Source of the DNA: an uncultured delta proteobacterium
GTDB lineage: Bacteria > Desulfobacterota > Desulfuromonadia > Geobacterales > DSM-12255
NCBI GenBank assembly: GCA_963787125.1
Contig: CAWBBV010000002.1
Location: forward strand, 86,390 to 150,389
DNA length: 64,000 nt
Direction of reading: 5' to 3'
The notes under the pieces are model-generated. The model saw nothing but the letters and a program-made list of their open reading frames with translations, did no database searches and had not been told where the DNA came from. This document shows positions 18,444 through 29,390 of the stretch, in pieces. The translations under genes were made by a program, and so were the position numbers. Each line of letters opens with the position of its first letter. Position 1 is the first letter of the stretch.

Positions 18444-20111
18444 GTGTCGTACCTAGTTCTTGCCCGCAAATGGCGCCCACAGACCTTTCATGACCTTACC
18501 GGTCAGGAACACGTAACCCTTACCCTGAAAAATGCCATTGAATCAGGACGGGTTGCCCATGCGTTCCTTTTTACCGGTGCCCGGGGAGTCGGCAAAACAA
18601 GTTCAGCAAGAATTCTTGCCAAGACCCTGAACTGCGAAAGAGGTCCGACAACCGAGCCGTGCAACGACTGTCCTGCCTGCAAGGAGATCACCGAAGGCAA
18701 TAGTGTTGACGTCATGGAGATTGACGGCGCCTCCAACAACGGTGTCGACGAAATTCGTGAACTGCGTGACAACGTCAAGTACCTGCCGTCCAACAGCCGC
18801 TATAAAATTTTTATCATTGATGAAGTGCACATGCTCTCCAACAGCGCCTTTAATGCACTCCTGAAAACGCTGGAAGAGCCCCCTCCTCACATAAAATTCA
18901 TCTTCGCCACAACCGAACCGCACAAGGTTCCTGTTACAATTCTCTCCAGGTGCCAGCGGTTTGACTTTAAACGAATCCCTTTGATCATGATAACTGCCCG
19001 TCTCCGCTTCATACTCGATCAGGAGAAGATTGTCATGAGTGATGCCGCCGTGACAATGGTCGCCCGTAAAGGTGACGGCAGCATGAGAGACGCTCTCTCG
19101 GCTCTCGATCAGGTACTTGCCTTCTGCGGCGACACAGTTGAAGACACGGATGTGATCGCACTCCTTGGGGTTGTTGACAGAGTCATGCTCATTACTGCCA
19201 TGAACTCGGTCTTTGAACGCAATGCCGGAGTCCTTGTCGACATAATCCGCACTGTAGCCGATTCCGGCTATAACATGCGCCATTTCTGTCATGAATTCAT
19301 CGATCTGATGCGCACACTGCTCCTGCTCAAAGCCGCACCTTCAACAGCAGATCTGCTCGACCTTTCTGACAGAGAGCTTGCTGAGAGCAGAGAATTGGCA
19401 GCAAGATCTGATCTGCTGACGATTCAACGCTGCCTCGCGATCCTGCTCAAAACTGATGCCGACCTGGCGCACTCCTCTCACGCCAGACTCCTGATGGAGA
19501 TGGCAATGATAAGAATGGCAACACTGGCACCGACAGTCCCTGTTGATCAGCTGCTCGAAAGGCTTAAGGCTCTGGAAGCGGCGCCTGCCAGGCCGCTGCT
19601 TGCATCAGAATCAGCTCCACCTGTATATGCCCGTACAGTCCAGCCTGCCCCCGCTCCCAGGCAGTCACCCGTTACCGTGATATCACCACCAGCTACTCCG
19701 CCACCAGCAGCCGTTTCAGGAAACCCTGACTGGCAGGGGTTTGTTTCTTTTGTAAAAGCGAAAAAACCGATGCTCGCGACCAAGCTGGAAACAGGGAGCC
19801 CCATTCAGGCAAGCGGTGACTCTCTCCAGATAGGCTACCACCGAGGGTCCCTGGAGCTTAGCCTCCTGCAGGGACAGGACTACTTGCAACAACTGGCTGA
19901 GCTCTCTGCCGACTACTACGGCCGACCGGTTGATATCAAGATTATCCCGCTGGCAGCGAACAGTTCTGACATCCCGATGTCCATCGCTGAAAAAAAAACT
20001 CTTGACCTCAACATGAAAGAAAAGACCTTGAAAGATGCTACCGACAGTCATCCTCTGGTTAAAGCAGCCCTGGAAGTTTTCGGGGGAGAAGTTATCGCCT
20101 ATAAAAGTTGA
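18444..20111 (+). CDS. dnaX: DNA polymerase III gamma/tau
   Basis: YLVLARKWRPQ, GARGVGKT, DEVHML, SRCQ. Confidence 0.97.
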   Translation: MSYLVLARKWRPQTFHDLTGQEHVTLTLKNAIESGRVAHAFLFTGARGVGKTSSARILAKTLNCERGPTTEPCNDCPACKEITEGNSVDVMEIDGASNNGVDEIRELRDNVKYLPSNSRYKIFIIDEVHMLSNSAFNALLKTLEEPPPHIKFIFATTEPHKVPVTILSRCQRFDFKRIPLIMITARLRFILDQEKIVMSDAAVTMVARKGDGSMRDALSALDQVLAFCGDTVEDTDVIALLGVVDRVMLITAMNSVFERNAGVLVDIIRTVADSGYNMRHFCHEFIDLMRTLLLLKAAPSTADLLDLSDRELAESRELAARSDLLTIQRCLAILLKTDADLAHSSHARLLMEMAMIRMATLAPTVPVDQLLERLKALEAAPARPLLASESAPPVYARTVQPAPAPRQSPVTVISPPATPPPAAVSGNPDWQGFVSFVKAKKPMLATKLETGSPIQASGDSLQIGYHRGSLELSLLQGQDYLQQLAELSADYYGRPVDIKIIPLAANSSDIPMSIAEKKTLDLNMKEKTLKDATDSHPLVKAALEVFGGEVIAYKS

Positions 20112-20180
20112 CTATTTCAGAACACTGTTATTTTTTAACAAAATATTAAGCACGACTAAACGCAAGCGAGGAGATAAAGC

Positions 20181-20495
20181 ATGTCAAAAGGATTGGCCGG
20201 TATCATGAAGCAAGCTCAGATGATGCAGCAGAGAATGGCAAAGCTGCAGGAAGAAGCATCAAACCGCACGGTCACCGCCACAGCCGGTGGCGGCGTTGTT
20301 ACTGCCACAGTAACGGGCAAGAACCAGCTTGTTTCATTGACAATCAAGAAAGAGGCGGTGGATCCGGAGGACGTGGAGATGCTCCAGGATCTGGTCCTGG
20401 CAGCTATAAATGAAGCGCTCGCCAGGGTTCAATCAGAGATGTCGCAGGAGATGAGCAAGGTGACCGGTGGCATCAACATCCCTGGGCTGTTCTGA
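20181..20495 (+). CDS. ybaB: YbaB/EbfC nucleoid-associated protein
   Basis: MKQAQMMQ...AGGGVV...DPEDVEMLQDLVLAAIN. Confidence 0.95.
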   Translation: MSKGLAGIMKQAQMMQQRMAKLQEEASNRTVTATAGGGVVTATVTGKNQLVSLTIKKEAVDPEDVEMLQDLVLAAINEALARVQSEMSQEMSKVTGGINIPGLF

Positions 20496-20527
20496 TCCGG
20501 CACTGAGCACAGCATTTTATTTTTATT

Positions 20528-20567
20528 AAAATGGCCGGTTGAACATCTGTTCCACCGGCTGTTTTTA
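20528..20567 (+). terminator. Putative terminator
   Basis: GCCGGT/ACCGGC stem followed by a T-tract. Confidence 0.55.
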
Positions 20568-20683
20568 CAAGAAGCACACATTTAAATTATTATTAAATAT
20601 CTTGCAGTTAGACTAAATTTAATGAAGATAAAAATTTATAGTTTAACTATAATTCAAAAAATGTTTTATATTTATGGGAAAAT

Positions 20684-21277
20684 ATGCTACAAAATTCGCA
20701 CTCTTTGACAAGACTTGTAGGCGAGCTGAAAAAACTACCCGGCATCGGTGAGAAAAGTGCCTGCAGGCTCGCCTTTCACCTCCTTCGATCACCGGTGAAC
20801 ATAGTTGCTCTTGCTGACGCCCTGAATGAGGTCAGCATCAGGGTGCAATTCTGTTCGATCTGTTTTTCAATCACTGAAGATGACCCTTGCGTCATCTGTA
20901 GCGGCAACAGAGACGAATCAATAATCTGCGTCGTGGAAGAACCTCAGGATCTGTTGGCAATAGAGAGAAGCGGAGCATTCCGGGGGAAGTACCATGTGCT
21001 TCACGGTGTGCTTTCACCACTGTCCGGGGTAACCCCTGCCGATCTGAAGGTCGCTGAACTCCTTGAGAGACTTAAAGGGGACCACGTCAAGGAAGTCGTC
21101 ATTGCAACCAACTTCTCGGTAGAAGGGGAAGCAACCGCCATATATCTTACCGTGCTGTTAAGAAAACTGGGCTTAAAAGTCACCAGACTTGCCCACGGAA
21201 TACCGATAGGACGAGATCTGGAATACATAGACTCTGCAACAATGCAGCGAGCCCTCCAGGGTCGCAGCGAAATATGA
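20684..21277 (+). CDS. recR: Recombination mediator RecR
   Basis: LPGIGEKSA, C4 zinc finger, TOPRIM domain. Confidence 0.96.
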   Translation: MLQNSHSLTRLVGELKKLPGIGEKSACRLAFHLLRSPVNIVALADALNEVSIRVQFCSICFSITEDDPCVICSGNRDESIICVVEEPQDLLAIERSGAFRGKYHVLHGVLSPLSGVTPADLKVAELLERLKGDHVKEVVIATNFSVEGEATAIYLTVLLRKLGLKVTRLAHGIPIGRDLEYIDSATMQRALQGRSEI

Positions 21278-21318
21278 GTGTCAGCAAGCAACATCTATAA
21301 AAGGAAAGAGGAGGCAGT

Positions 21319-24300
21319 ATGAGCAGAAAAATGGTAACCATCGACGGCAACACCGCCGCCGCCCACGTAGCCCACGCCACCAACGAAGTCATCGCTATCT
21401 ACCCGATCACCCCATCGTCGGTCATGGGCGAGATCTCAGACGCCAAGAGCGCCGCCGGCGAGAAGAACATCTGGGGCACAATCCCGCTGGTGGCCGAACT
21501 GCAGTCCGAAGGTGGAGCTGCCGGAACCGTCCACGGCGCCCTGCAGTCAGGCGCACTGACCACCACCTTCACTGCCAGTCAGGGTCTTTTGCTGATGATC
21601 CCCAACATGTACAAAATTGCCGGTGAGTTAACCTCCACTGTCTTTCACGTTTCTGCCCGCGCTATCTCTGCAGCCGCGCTGAATATATTCGGCGACCATT
21701 CCGACGTCATGTCCTGCCGCTCCACCGGTTGGGCCATGCTTTGCTCCAACAACGTCCAGGAAGTCATGGACTTCGCTCTCATCTCCCAGGCAGCCACCCT
21801 GAAGAGCCGCATCCCGTTTCTGCACTTCTTTGACGGTTTCCGCACCTCCCACGAAGTCCAGAAAGTCGAAGAGCTGACCTTTGACGACATGCGTCATATG
21901 ATGAACGACGACCTCATCAACGCCCATCGCCTCCGCGGCCTCTCCCCGGACCGCCCGGTCATGCGCGGCACTGCCCAGAACCCGGATGTCTACTTCCAGG
22001 GCCGCGAAACCGTCAACCAGTACTATCCACCCACTATCGACATCGTCCAGGAAGAGATGGACAAATTCGGCAAGCTCACCGGTCGCAACTACAAACTGGT
22101 AGAGTATGCCGGCGCCGCCGATGCCGACCGGATCGTCGTTGTCATGGGCTCCGCGGCTGACACCGTCCAGGAGACCGTAGCAACCTTAAACGCTCAGGGA
22201 GAGAAAGTCGGCGTCGTAAAAATCCATCTTTACCGCCCCTTCCCGCTGGACGCCTTTGTTAAAGCTCTGCCGGCAACCGTCAAAAGCATCGCCGTACTCG
22301 ACCGCACCAAAGAGCCCGGCTCCCTCGGCGAGCCTCTCTACCTGGATGTGCGCACCGCCATCGGCGAAGCCATGGCTGACGGCAAATTCAGCTTCAACGG
22401 CTACCCGGTCATCGTCGGCGGCCGCTACGGTCTCGGTTCCAAGGAATTCACCCCGGCCATGGCTAAAGCTGTTCTCGACAACCTTAAAGCAGCCAAACCG
22501 AAAAACCACTTCGTCGTCGGCGTCAACGAAGACGTAACCGGCTGCAGCCTCGACTACAACCCGGCCTTCCGCACCGCCATGGGCGGCACCTACGAAGCCA
22601 TGTTCTTCGGCCTCGGCTCGGACGGCACCGTCGGCGCCAACAAAAACACCATCAAAATTATCGGCGAAACCACCGACAACAACGCCCAGGCCTACTTCGT
22701 CTACGACTCCAAGAAAGCCGGCACCATCACCATCTCGCACCTGCGCTTCGGGAAAACGGCCATCAACGCCCCTTACCTGATCGACAACGCCGACTTCATC
22801 GCCTGTCACAACTTCTCGTTTCTTGAGAAATACGACATGGTCAGCAAAGCCAAAGAAGGGGGCACCTTCCTCCTCTGCTCCCCTTTCGCCCACACAGAAG
22901 TCTGGGACCTTATGCCGGTCGAAGTGCAGCAGCAGATCATTGCCAAAAAGCTCAAATTCTACGTCATCAACGCCATCAAGCTTGGCGAAGAACTCGGCCT
23001 CGGCGCCCGTATCAACGTCATCATGCAGACCGCCTTCTTCAAAATCTCCAACATCATCCCACTGGAGTTGGCAATTGACGAAATCAAAGGCGCCATCAAA
23101 AAAAGCTATGGCAAATCAGGCGACAAAGTCGTTGCCATGAACAATGCCGCCGTCGACGAAGCGCTCAAGAACATCCACGAAGTTATTGTCCCGGCCACGG
23201 CCACCAGCAAACTTAAAATGCCGCCGGCTGTTGCCCCATCCGCACCGCAGTTTGTTCAGGATGTCACCGGCAGAATCATCGCCGGCTTCGGCGACGACCT
23301 GCCAGTATCTAAAATGCCTGCTGACGGCACCTTCCCGACAGCTACTTCCCAGTACGAGAAGCGCAACATCGCCGTTGATATTCCGGTCTGGGACGAGAAC
23401 CTCTGCATCCAGTGCGCTATCTGCTCATTTGTCTGCCCCCATGCCACCATCCGGATGAAAGCTTACGACGGCGCACTCCTGGCCAATGCACCGGCAACCT
23501 TCAAATCAACCGACTGCAAACTCCCCGAATTCAAAGGGATGAAATACACCATCCAGGTAGCCCCCGAAGACTGCACCGGCTGCGGCGCTTGCGTCCACAA
23601 CTGTCCGGCCAAGAGTAAGGAAGATCCAAACCACAAAGCGATCAACATGAAGTTCCAGGCGCCACTGCGGGCCGCTGAAGCTGCCAACTTCGACTTCTTC
23701 CTCTCCCTCCCCGACGTGGATCCGGCTAAAGTCAAACTGGACACCCTCCGCGGCAGCCAGTTGGTCCGGCCGATCTTCGAATTCTCCGGCGCCTGTGCCG
23801 GCTGCGGCGAGACCCCGTACCTGAAACTCCTCTCCCAGCTGTTCGGCGACCGGGCAATGATCGCCAACGCCACCGGCTGCACCTCCATCTACGGCGGCAA
23901 CCTCCCCACCACCCCGTGGGCAAAGAGAGCTGACGGCCGCGGACCGGCCTGGTCCAACTCCCTCTTCGAGGATAACGCCGAGTTTGGTTTCGGTATGCGT
24001 CTGGCAGTGGACAAGTTTACCGAGTCTGCCCGTGAACTGGTGGCAGAACTTGCCAACTGCAGCTGCAAATCGTGTCAGCCGGTTCTGCCGCTGATGCAGG
24101 AAATCCTTGCTTCCAAGCAACTCGATCAGGCTGAGATCGAAAAACAGCGGGAAAGAGTGGCAACCCTGAAAACGGCCCTGACAGGCTGCACAGAGAAAGC
24201 GGCTGTACAACTGCTGCCACTGGCCGAATATCTGGTCAAGAGATCGGTCTGGTGTGTTGGTGGCGACGGCTGGGCTTATGACATCGGTTACGGCGGTCTT

Positions 24301-24903
24301 GACCACGTCATTGCCAGTGGCAAAAACGTCAACCTGCTGGTTCTGGACACCGAAGTCTACTCCAACACCGGCGGTCAGGCTTCCAAAGCGACCCCGACCG
24401 GCGCCGTGGCCCAGTTCGCCGCTGGCGGCAAGGCAATGGCCAAGAAAGATCTGGGGATGATGGCCATGGCTTACGGTAATGTCTACGTTGCCAACGTCTC
24501 ACTGGCTAATCCGGCTCAAGTTGTCAAAGCGTTCATTGAAGCAGAAGCCTATGATGGCCCATCGCTTATCGTCGCCTACTCTCATTGCATTGCTCATGGC
24601 ATCGACATGACCAAGGGTGTTGACGAGAACAAAAAAGCTGTATCCTGCGGTTACTGGCCACTGTACCGCTACAATCCGGCACTGACCCAGGAAGGGAAGA
24701 ATCCGCTGCAACTTGACAGCAAATCCCCCACCACCAGCTTCGAGGATTACGCCTACGGCGAGAATCGTTACAAAGTGCTGCAGAAATCCAACCCTGAAGC
24801 AGCAGCTATCCTGATGAAAAAGGCAACCGCCTGGACTGCCAGCCGCTTCGAGTATTATGAGAAGCTGGCGGCTCTCAGTTTCGCCGGTTCCGACAAGAAG
24901 TAA
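21319..24903 (+). CDS. nifJ: Pyruvate:ferredoxin (flavodoxin) oxidoreductase
   Basis: YPITPS, GLGSDGTVGANK, two 4Fe-4S motifs, GGDGWAYDIG. Confidence 0.97.
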   Translation: MSRKMVTIDGNTAAAHVAHATNEVIAIYPITPSSVMGEISDAKSAAGEKNIWGTIPLVAELQSEGGAAGTVHGALQSGALTTTFTASQGLLLMIPNMYKIAGELTSTVFHVSARAISAAALNIFGDHSDVMSCRSTGWAMLCSNNVQEVMDFALISQAATLKSRIPFLHFFDGFRTSHEVQKVEELTFDDMRHMMNDDLINAHRLRGLSPDRPVMRGTAQNPDVYFQGRETVNQYYPPTIDIVQEEMDKFGKLTGRNYKLVEYAGAADADRIVVVMGSAADTVQETVATLNAQGEKVGVVKIHLYRPFPLDAFVKALPATVKSIAVLDRTKEPGSLGEPLYLDVRTAIGEAMADGKFSFNGYPVIVGGRYGLGSKEFTPAMAKAVLDNLKAAKPKNHFVVGVNEDVTGCSLDYNPAFRTAMGGTYEAMFFGLGSDGTVGANKNTIKIIGETTDNNAQAYFVYDSKKAGTITISHLRFGKTAINAPYLIDNADFIACHNFSFLEKYDMVSKAKEGGTFLLCSPFAHTEVWDLMPVEVQQQIIAKKLKFYVINAIKLGEELGLGARINVIMQTAFFKISNIIPLELAIDEIKGAIKKSYGKSGDKVVAMNNAAVDEALKNIHEVIVPATATSKLKMPPAVAPSAPQFVQDVTGRIIAGFGDDLPVSKMPADGTFPTATSQYEKRNIAVDIPVWDENLCIQCAICSFVCPHATIRMKAYDGALLANAPATFKSTDCKLPEFKGMKYTIQVAPEDCTGCGACVHNCPAKSKEDPNHKAINMKFQAPLRAAEAANFDFFLSLPDVDPAKVKLDTLRGSQLVRPIFEFSGACAGCGETPYLKLLSQLFGDRAMIANATGCTSIYGGNLPTTPWAKRADGRGPAWSNSLFEDNAEFGFGMRLAVDKFTESARELVAELANCSCKSCQPVLPLMQEILASKQLDQAEIEKQRERVATLKTALTGCTEKAAVQLLPLAEYLVKRSVWCVGGDGWAYDIGYGGLDHVIASGKNVNLLVLDTEVYSNTGGQASKATPTGAVAQFAAGGKAMAKKDLGMMAMAYGNVYVANVSLANPAQVVKAFIEAEAYDGPSLIVAYSHCIAHGIDMTKGVDENKKAVSCGYWPLYRYNPALTQEGKNPLQLDSKSPTTSFEDYAYGENRYKVLQKSNPEAAAILMKKATAWTASRFEYYEKLAALSFAGSDKK

Positions 24904-24926
24904 CAGTTTCAGCTGTAACAGCTAAT

Positions 24927-24959
24927 AAAGCCTCTGGATTAATTTCCAGGGGCTTTTTT
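24927..24959 (+). terminator. Rho-independent terminator
   Basis: AAAGCCTCTGGA/TCCAGGGGCTTT plus T-tract. Confidence 0.8.
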
Positions 24960-25036
24960 AGTCACTTGAAAGGTTATGAAATTTCTGTTATACAAGCAGT
25001 TTATAACTGTATTAAGATCTACGTAAGGAGTGACAC

Positions 25037-25528
25037 ATGGCGAGTCCTCAATTAGTGATGTACGATGAGGAGTTCCGGCAGATAAATATCGTCATGGATA
25101 AGCTGCTCCGTGAAGCGAATGCGAAGGTTATCTTCCTCGTGGACAAAAATGGTCAGCTGATCTCAGGAGTAGGCGAAGTCGAGCGTTTCGACACGACCTC
25201 TCTGGCATCACTTACTGCCGGCAATATTGCTGCAACCGGTGGGCTGGCAAAGTTAATCGGTGAGAAGGAATTCTCCATCCTTTTTCATGAAGGCGAAAAG
25301 GATAATCTCCACATTTCCATTGTCGGTGGTCGAGTGATTCTGGTTGTGCTTTTCGATAGTCGTTCATCTTTGGGGCTGGTCAGACTCAGGGTGAAAAAGG
25401 CATCCGATGAATTAACGGTCATATTTGACGGACTCATGCGAAAAGCTGAAGAGAAAGAGAGATCCGGGACTACTGATTTCCCGTTTGCCGAGATTACCGA
25501 TGACGACATCGACAACCTCTTCAGTTAA
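25037..25528 (+). CDS. mglB: Roadblock/LC7 protein MglB
   Basis: FLVDKNGQLI...SLASLTAGNIAATGGLA; upstream of mglA. Confidence 0.93.
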   Translation: MASPQLVMYDEEFRQINIVMDKLLREANAKVIFLVDKNGQLISGVGEVERFDTTSLASLTAGNIAATGGLAKLIGEKEFSILFHEGEKDNLHISIVGGRVILVVLFDSRSSLGLVRLRVKKASDELTVIFDGLMRKAEEKERSGTTDFPFAEITDDDIDNLFS

Positions 25529-25546
25529 TTCTTACGGAGTCAACCT

Positions 25547-26134
25547 ATGTCGTTCATAAATTACGCTTCCAGAGAAATCAACTGCAAGATCGTCTATTAC
25601 GGTCCTGGGCTTTGCGGCAAAACCACAAATCTGCAGTATGTTTACCAGAAAACCGCGGCAGATGCCAAAGGCAAGATGATCTCCCTTGCGACTGAAACCG
25701 AGCGGACACTATTTTTTGACTTTTTGCCACTTTCACTCGGTGAGATCAGAGGTTTTAAAACTCGTTTTCACCTCTATACTGTTCCTGGTCAGGTTTTTTA
25801 TGATGCGTCGAGAAAACTGATTCTTAAAGGGGTTGACGGTGTGGTCTTCGTCGCCGACTCTCAGGAAGAGCGTTATGACGCGAATATAGAGTCACTGGAC
25901 AACCTCCGCTTCAATCTTGACGAACAGGGATACGATCTGGACAAACTCCCGTTCATCATCCAGTACAACAAACGTGACCTCCCGAACGTTATGCCGGTGG
26001 ATGAGCTCAGAAAAGATCTGAACCCTACCGGAGTTCCTGACTTTGAAGCCTGCGCAGCAACCGGAGAAGGTGTATTTGAGACGCTCAAGGCTGTTGCCAA
26101 GATGATTCTCTTTGACCTTAAAAAAGGGACGTAA
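25547..26134 (+). CDS. mglA: Small GTPase MglA
   Basis: [24 protein letters not shown]. Confidence 0.96.
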   Translation: MSFINYASREINCKIVYYGPGLCGKTTNLQYVYQKTAADAKGKMISLATETERTLFFDFLPLSLGEIRGFKTRFHLYTVPGQVFYDASRKLILKGVDGVVFVADSQEERYDANIESLDNLRFNLDEQGYDLDKLPFIIQYNKRDLPNVMPVDELRKDLNPTGVPDFEACAATGEGVFETLKAVAKMILFDLKKGT

Positions 26135-26162
26135 GGCGAAACAGCTTCACATACAGAACGGT

Positions 26163-26197
26163 AAAGGGGTTGCGACTGACAGTCGCAACCCCTTTTC
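26163..26197. terminator. Bidirectional terminator
   Basis: AAAGGGGTTGCGACT/AGTCGCAACCCCTTT between convergent genes. Confidence 0.85.
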
Positions 26198-26201
26198 ATT
26201 G

Positions 26202-27107
26202 TTAAACGTCAGGATGCGCCTGAATCGGACCGCTGCGTTCCCGCAGCTGATGGATCAGAAGTGGCAGCAGCACCGCAGCGAATATTAACAGGCAGCCCCA
26301 CCATTCGGTCGGGCTGAGCCGTTCCCCCAGTATGATATATCCGCCGAGCATACTCCAGACAGGATCAAGGGTATATACCAGACCAGCATGAGTCGGCGTG
26401 GTATGCCTTTGCCAGATGTTTTGCAGAGTGAAACAGATCACAGTCGGAAAAATCGCACAATAAGCAAGTGACCCGGCGGAGAGCGCACCGATTTTGAATG
26501 GCGGCGACGGAAAAACAAGCGTCAAGATCCAACCGACTGTAGCAACTACAGTAAATTGGACGAGAGACACCAGATAGACATCTTCACTGCGGAGGACTTT
26601 CGTCACCGTAATAATGTGAATGGCTATAAAAAACGCACAGAGTGTCGAGAGCAGATCCCCGCGACTGAAACCTGTAGTCCCACCGCTGGCAAGTTGCCAG
26701 ATACCGGCCAGAGCCAGGAGAATGCCGAGCAGGCTCCACTTGTCCAGACGATCCCGCCAGAAAATGAAGCAAAGAATGGGGATGATAAGGACAAAGAGAT
26801 TATTGAGAAACCCGGCACGGGTAGCTGATGTTCCGGCCAGTCCAATGACGAATGAAACATTGGTGGCGGCAAGAGCCAAGCCTACTGCACTTCCACGGGC
26901 AATGACAAGCCGGTTGAGCTGCCTTACCCGGGGCAAGCAGAAGCAGAGCATAATAAGCGTGGCAAGAGAAAAGCGGAGGGCAAGGAAGGTTACCGGCGGA
27001 ATCTCCCGGAACGCTAGTTTATTGAAGACGAAACTACCCCCCCAGAAAAATGTGGTCAGGATCAGATAAAAGTGAACTTTCAACTGGGAGGGAGGAGTAA
27101 GAGTCAT
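26202..27107 (-). CDS. EamA/DMT transporter
   Basis: About 10 TM helices, two EamA repeats. Confidence 0.88.
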   Translation of the reverse strand: MTLTPPSQLKVHFYLILTTFFWGGSFVFNKLAFREIPPVTFLALRFSLATLIMLCFCLPRVRQLNRLVIARGSAVGLALAATNVSFVIGLAGTSATRAGFLNNLFVLIIPILCFIFWRDRLDKWSLLGILLALAGIWQLASGGTTGFSRGDLLSTLCAFFIAIHIITVTKVLRSEDVYLVSLVQFTVVATVGWILTLVFPSPPFKIGALSAGSLAYCAIFPTVICFTLQNIWQRHTTPTHAGLVYTLDPVWSMLGGYIILGERLSPTEWWGCLLIFAAVLLPLLIHQLRERSGPIQAHPDV

Positions 27108-27126
27108 TCTTCTCTTTTAGCGCAGG

Positions 27127-27792
27127 CTAGAGCACCGGCTCTTTAGCCTTTGATTTTAAATCCTTGATGGTGGCAGCATAATCAGAGCTGCCAAAGACCG
27201 CGCTGCCCGCGACAAAAACATCGGCGCCGGCATGGGCAATCCGCCCGATATTCTCGATTTTCACTCCGCCGTCGACCTCTAGCTCAGTCTCAAGCCCGCG
27301 CTTATCCAGCATCGCCCGCAAAGACTTTATTTTAGGGAGACACTCCTCGATGAATGATTGTCCGCCAAACCCGGGATTAACCGTCATCAGCAGCACCAGA
27401 TCAAGATCGGCAAGCACATAATCAAGACAATTAAGCGGAGTGGCAGGATTAAGAGAAACGCCTGCCCTCTTCCCAAGACTTTTAATCAGTTGGATGCTTC
27501 TATGCAGATGCGTCGAAGCTTCGGCATGAACGACGATTATATCGGCGCCGGCAGCAGCAAAATCCTGGATATACCTGTCTGGATTTTCAATCATCAAATG
27601 AACATCAAGGGGGAGCGAGGTGATCTTCCTGACTGCAGCTACTACAAGCGGACCGATGGTGATATTTGGCACAAAGTGCCCATCCATCACATCAATATGG
27701 ACATAATCTGCACCCGCGGCCTCGATTGCCCTTATCTCGTCACCGAGACGGCAGAAATCAGCAGAAAGTATGGAAGGGGCTATTTTCTTCAT
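27127..27792 (-). CDS. rpe: Ribulose-phosphate 3-epimerase
   Basis: IAPSILSADF, HIDVMDGHFVPN, VDGG. Confidence 0.97.
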   Translation of the reverse strand: MKKIAPSILSADFCRLGDEIRAIEAAGADYVHIDVMDGHFVPNITIGPLVVAAVRKITSLPLDVHLMIENPDRYIQDFAAAGADIIVVHAEASTHLHRSIQLIKSLGKRAGVSLNPATPLNCLDYVLADLDLVLLMTVNPGFGGQSFIEECLPKIKSLRAMLDKRGLETELEVDGGVKIENIGRIAHAGADVFVAGSAVFGSSDYAATIKDLKSKAKEPVL

Positions 27793-27808
27793 CGTCTTAC
27801 TCCTCAAT

Positions 27809-29155
27809 TTATTTACAGTTCCTGAGTCTGGCCGCAAAAAAACCGTCCATGCCGTCCCTGTGAGGCCAGCTGCGGAAAAAACCCTGGTCACTCTGCATTG
27901 TCTGCATTTGTGGCAGCACACTACTGACCGGTTCTATCACAAATTCAGGGTGGCTGGTGAGAAAATAGTCCACTACCTGCTCATTCTCCTCAAGGGAGGT
28001 GGAACAGGTTGAATATACCATGATTCCTCCAGGCTTCAGCCTGTCAGCAGCGTTACAGAGGATGGCAAGCTGGGTAATCGCCAGTCTGGCCGGATCATCC
28101 GGCTGCTTCCACCACTTCCCTTCAGGGTTTCGGTGGATTACCCCCAACCCTGAACAGGGCGCATCAACAAGGATACGGTCAAAAAGCCTGGCTTGAAGTT
28201 TCTCAAGCGGCTTGGTCGCATCCAGAAGAGTCGGCGTGATACTCCTGATTCCGAGACGGGTTTCAGACTCCCTGATGCTGGCAAGCTTACGCGGGTTCCT
28301 GTCACAGGCAACCAGGGTGCAGTTATCGCCGGTCAACTCTGCCAGATAGGTTGCCTTGCCGCCAGGAGCAGCGCAGAGATCAAGAATGACATCACCCGGC
28401 TTTGGAGAGAGCAGCAGTGCCGCCAACTGGGAAGCCTCATCCTGAACAGCAAACAGCCCGTCATTGAACGATTTTAGGCTCTGGAGTGAAACCGAAGAGG
28501 TAATGATAAGCGCGTCCGGCGCACAGCCGGCAGGCACGGCTGTTACCCCTTCTGCCTGCAAACAGCCTATCAGCGCCGCCCGGTCGGTTTTCAACCGGTT
28601 CACTCGAATGGTAAAAGGTGGCGCCGTAGACATTACTGCAGCCAGCGACGCTGCCGCGACAAAACCGAGCTGTTCAAGCCACTGCCCTACTATCCAGCTG
28701 GGGTGGGAATGCCTTGCGGCAAGCGCGGCAACCGGGTCCTTATCCGGATCAGGGTAACTGACAGTGTTACGACCTCTATCGGCACTCCTGAGCACGGCAT
28801 TGATGAACCCTGAAGCTCTTGGAGCGTACTGTTTTGCCAGGTTTACCGTCTCGTTTACCGCCGCGGAAACCGGAATCCGGTCGAGAAAAAACATTTGATA
28901 CAGTCCCAGCCGTAAAAGCAGCACAACAATCCGCTCCAATCTGGACGGAGGGCTTTTTGAAAACTGGCCGATGATATGATCAAGTGTCCCCTGACGCCTG
29001 AGAACTCCATAAACAAGCTCGGTATAAAGACCCCGATCAGGTCCGGTCAAGCCACCTTCTTTAAGTTCCTGATCAATAAGTATATCGGCGTAAGAGCGCT
29101 CCTTTTCAATACGGAGAAGCGTCAGAAAAGCAGCATTGCGTGGAGAAGAGGTCAT
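27809..29155 (-). CDS. rsmB: 16S rRNA m5C967 methyltransferase RsmB
   Basis: NusB-like N-terminus; DLCAAPGGK, DAPCSG, YSTCS. Confidence 0.95.
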   Translation of the reverse strand: MTSSPRNAAFLTLLRIEKERSYADILIDQELKEGGLTGPDRGLYTELVYGVLRRQGTLDHIIGQFSKSPPSRLERIVVLLLRLGLYQMFFLDRIPVSAAVNETVNLAKQYAPRASGFINAVLRSADRGRNTVSYPDPDKDPVAALAARHSHPSWIVGQWLEQLGFVAAASLAAVMSTAPPFTIRVNRLKTDRAALIGCLQAEGVTAVPAGCAPDALIITSSVSLQSLKSFNDGLFAVQDEASQLAALLLSPKPGDVILDLCAAPGGKATYLAELTGDNCTLVACDRNPRKLASIRESETRLGIRSITPTLLDATKPLEKLQARLFDRILVDAPCSGLGVIHRNPEGKWWKQPDDPARLAITQLAILCNAADRLKPGGIMVYSTCSTSLEENEQVVDYFLTSHPEFVIEPVSSVLPQMQTMQSDQGFFRSWPHRDGMDGFFAARLRNCK

Positions 29156-29390
29156 TTTGTCACCTTGTGATTTTATACCGGCTGTTTCTTTGTACCACGG
29201 AATGAGCTAAAATATAACTGTTTGCGGCAACGCATGAATATAACCTTTATAGTAAAATTGTGCAGCATTCAGCCGAAGATTTGTTATAAGTGAAGAGTAT
29301 TTCAGTTTTTCAGGGTTTGACAATTGCTTGTTAGCCACAAAAACGCTGCTCTCACTACCTAATAATTTGTTATGCCGGGGGATAAATCGA

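Noticed and set aside
19975..20000. A-run in dnaX as a gamma/tau frameshift site
   Set aside because: Too close to the 3' end to give a gamma-like product, and no evident stimulatory structure
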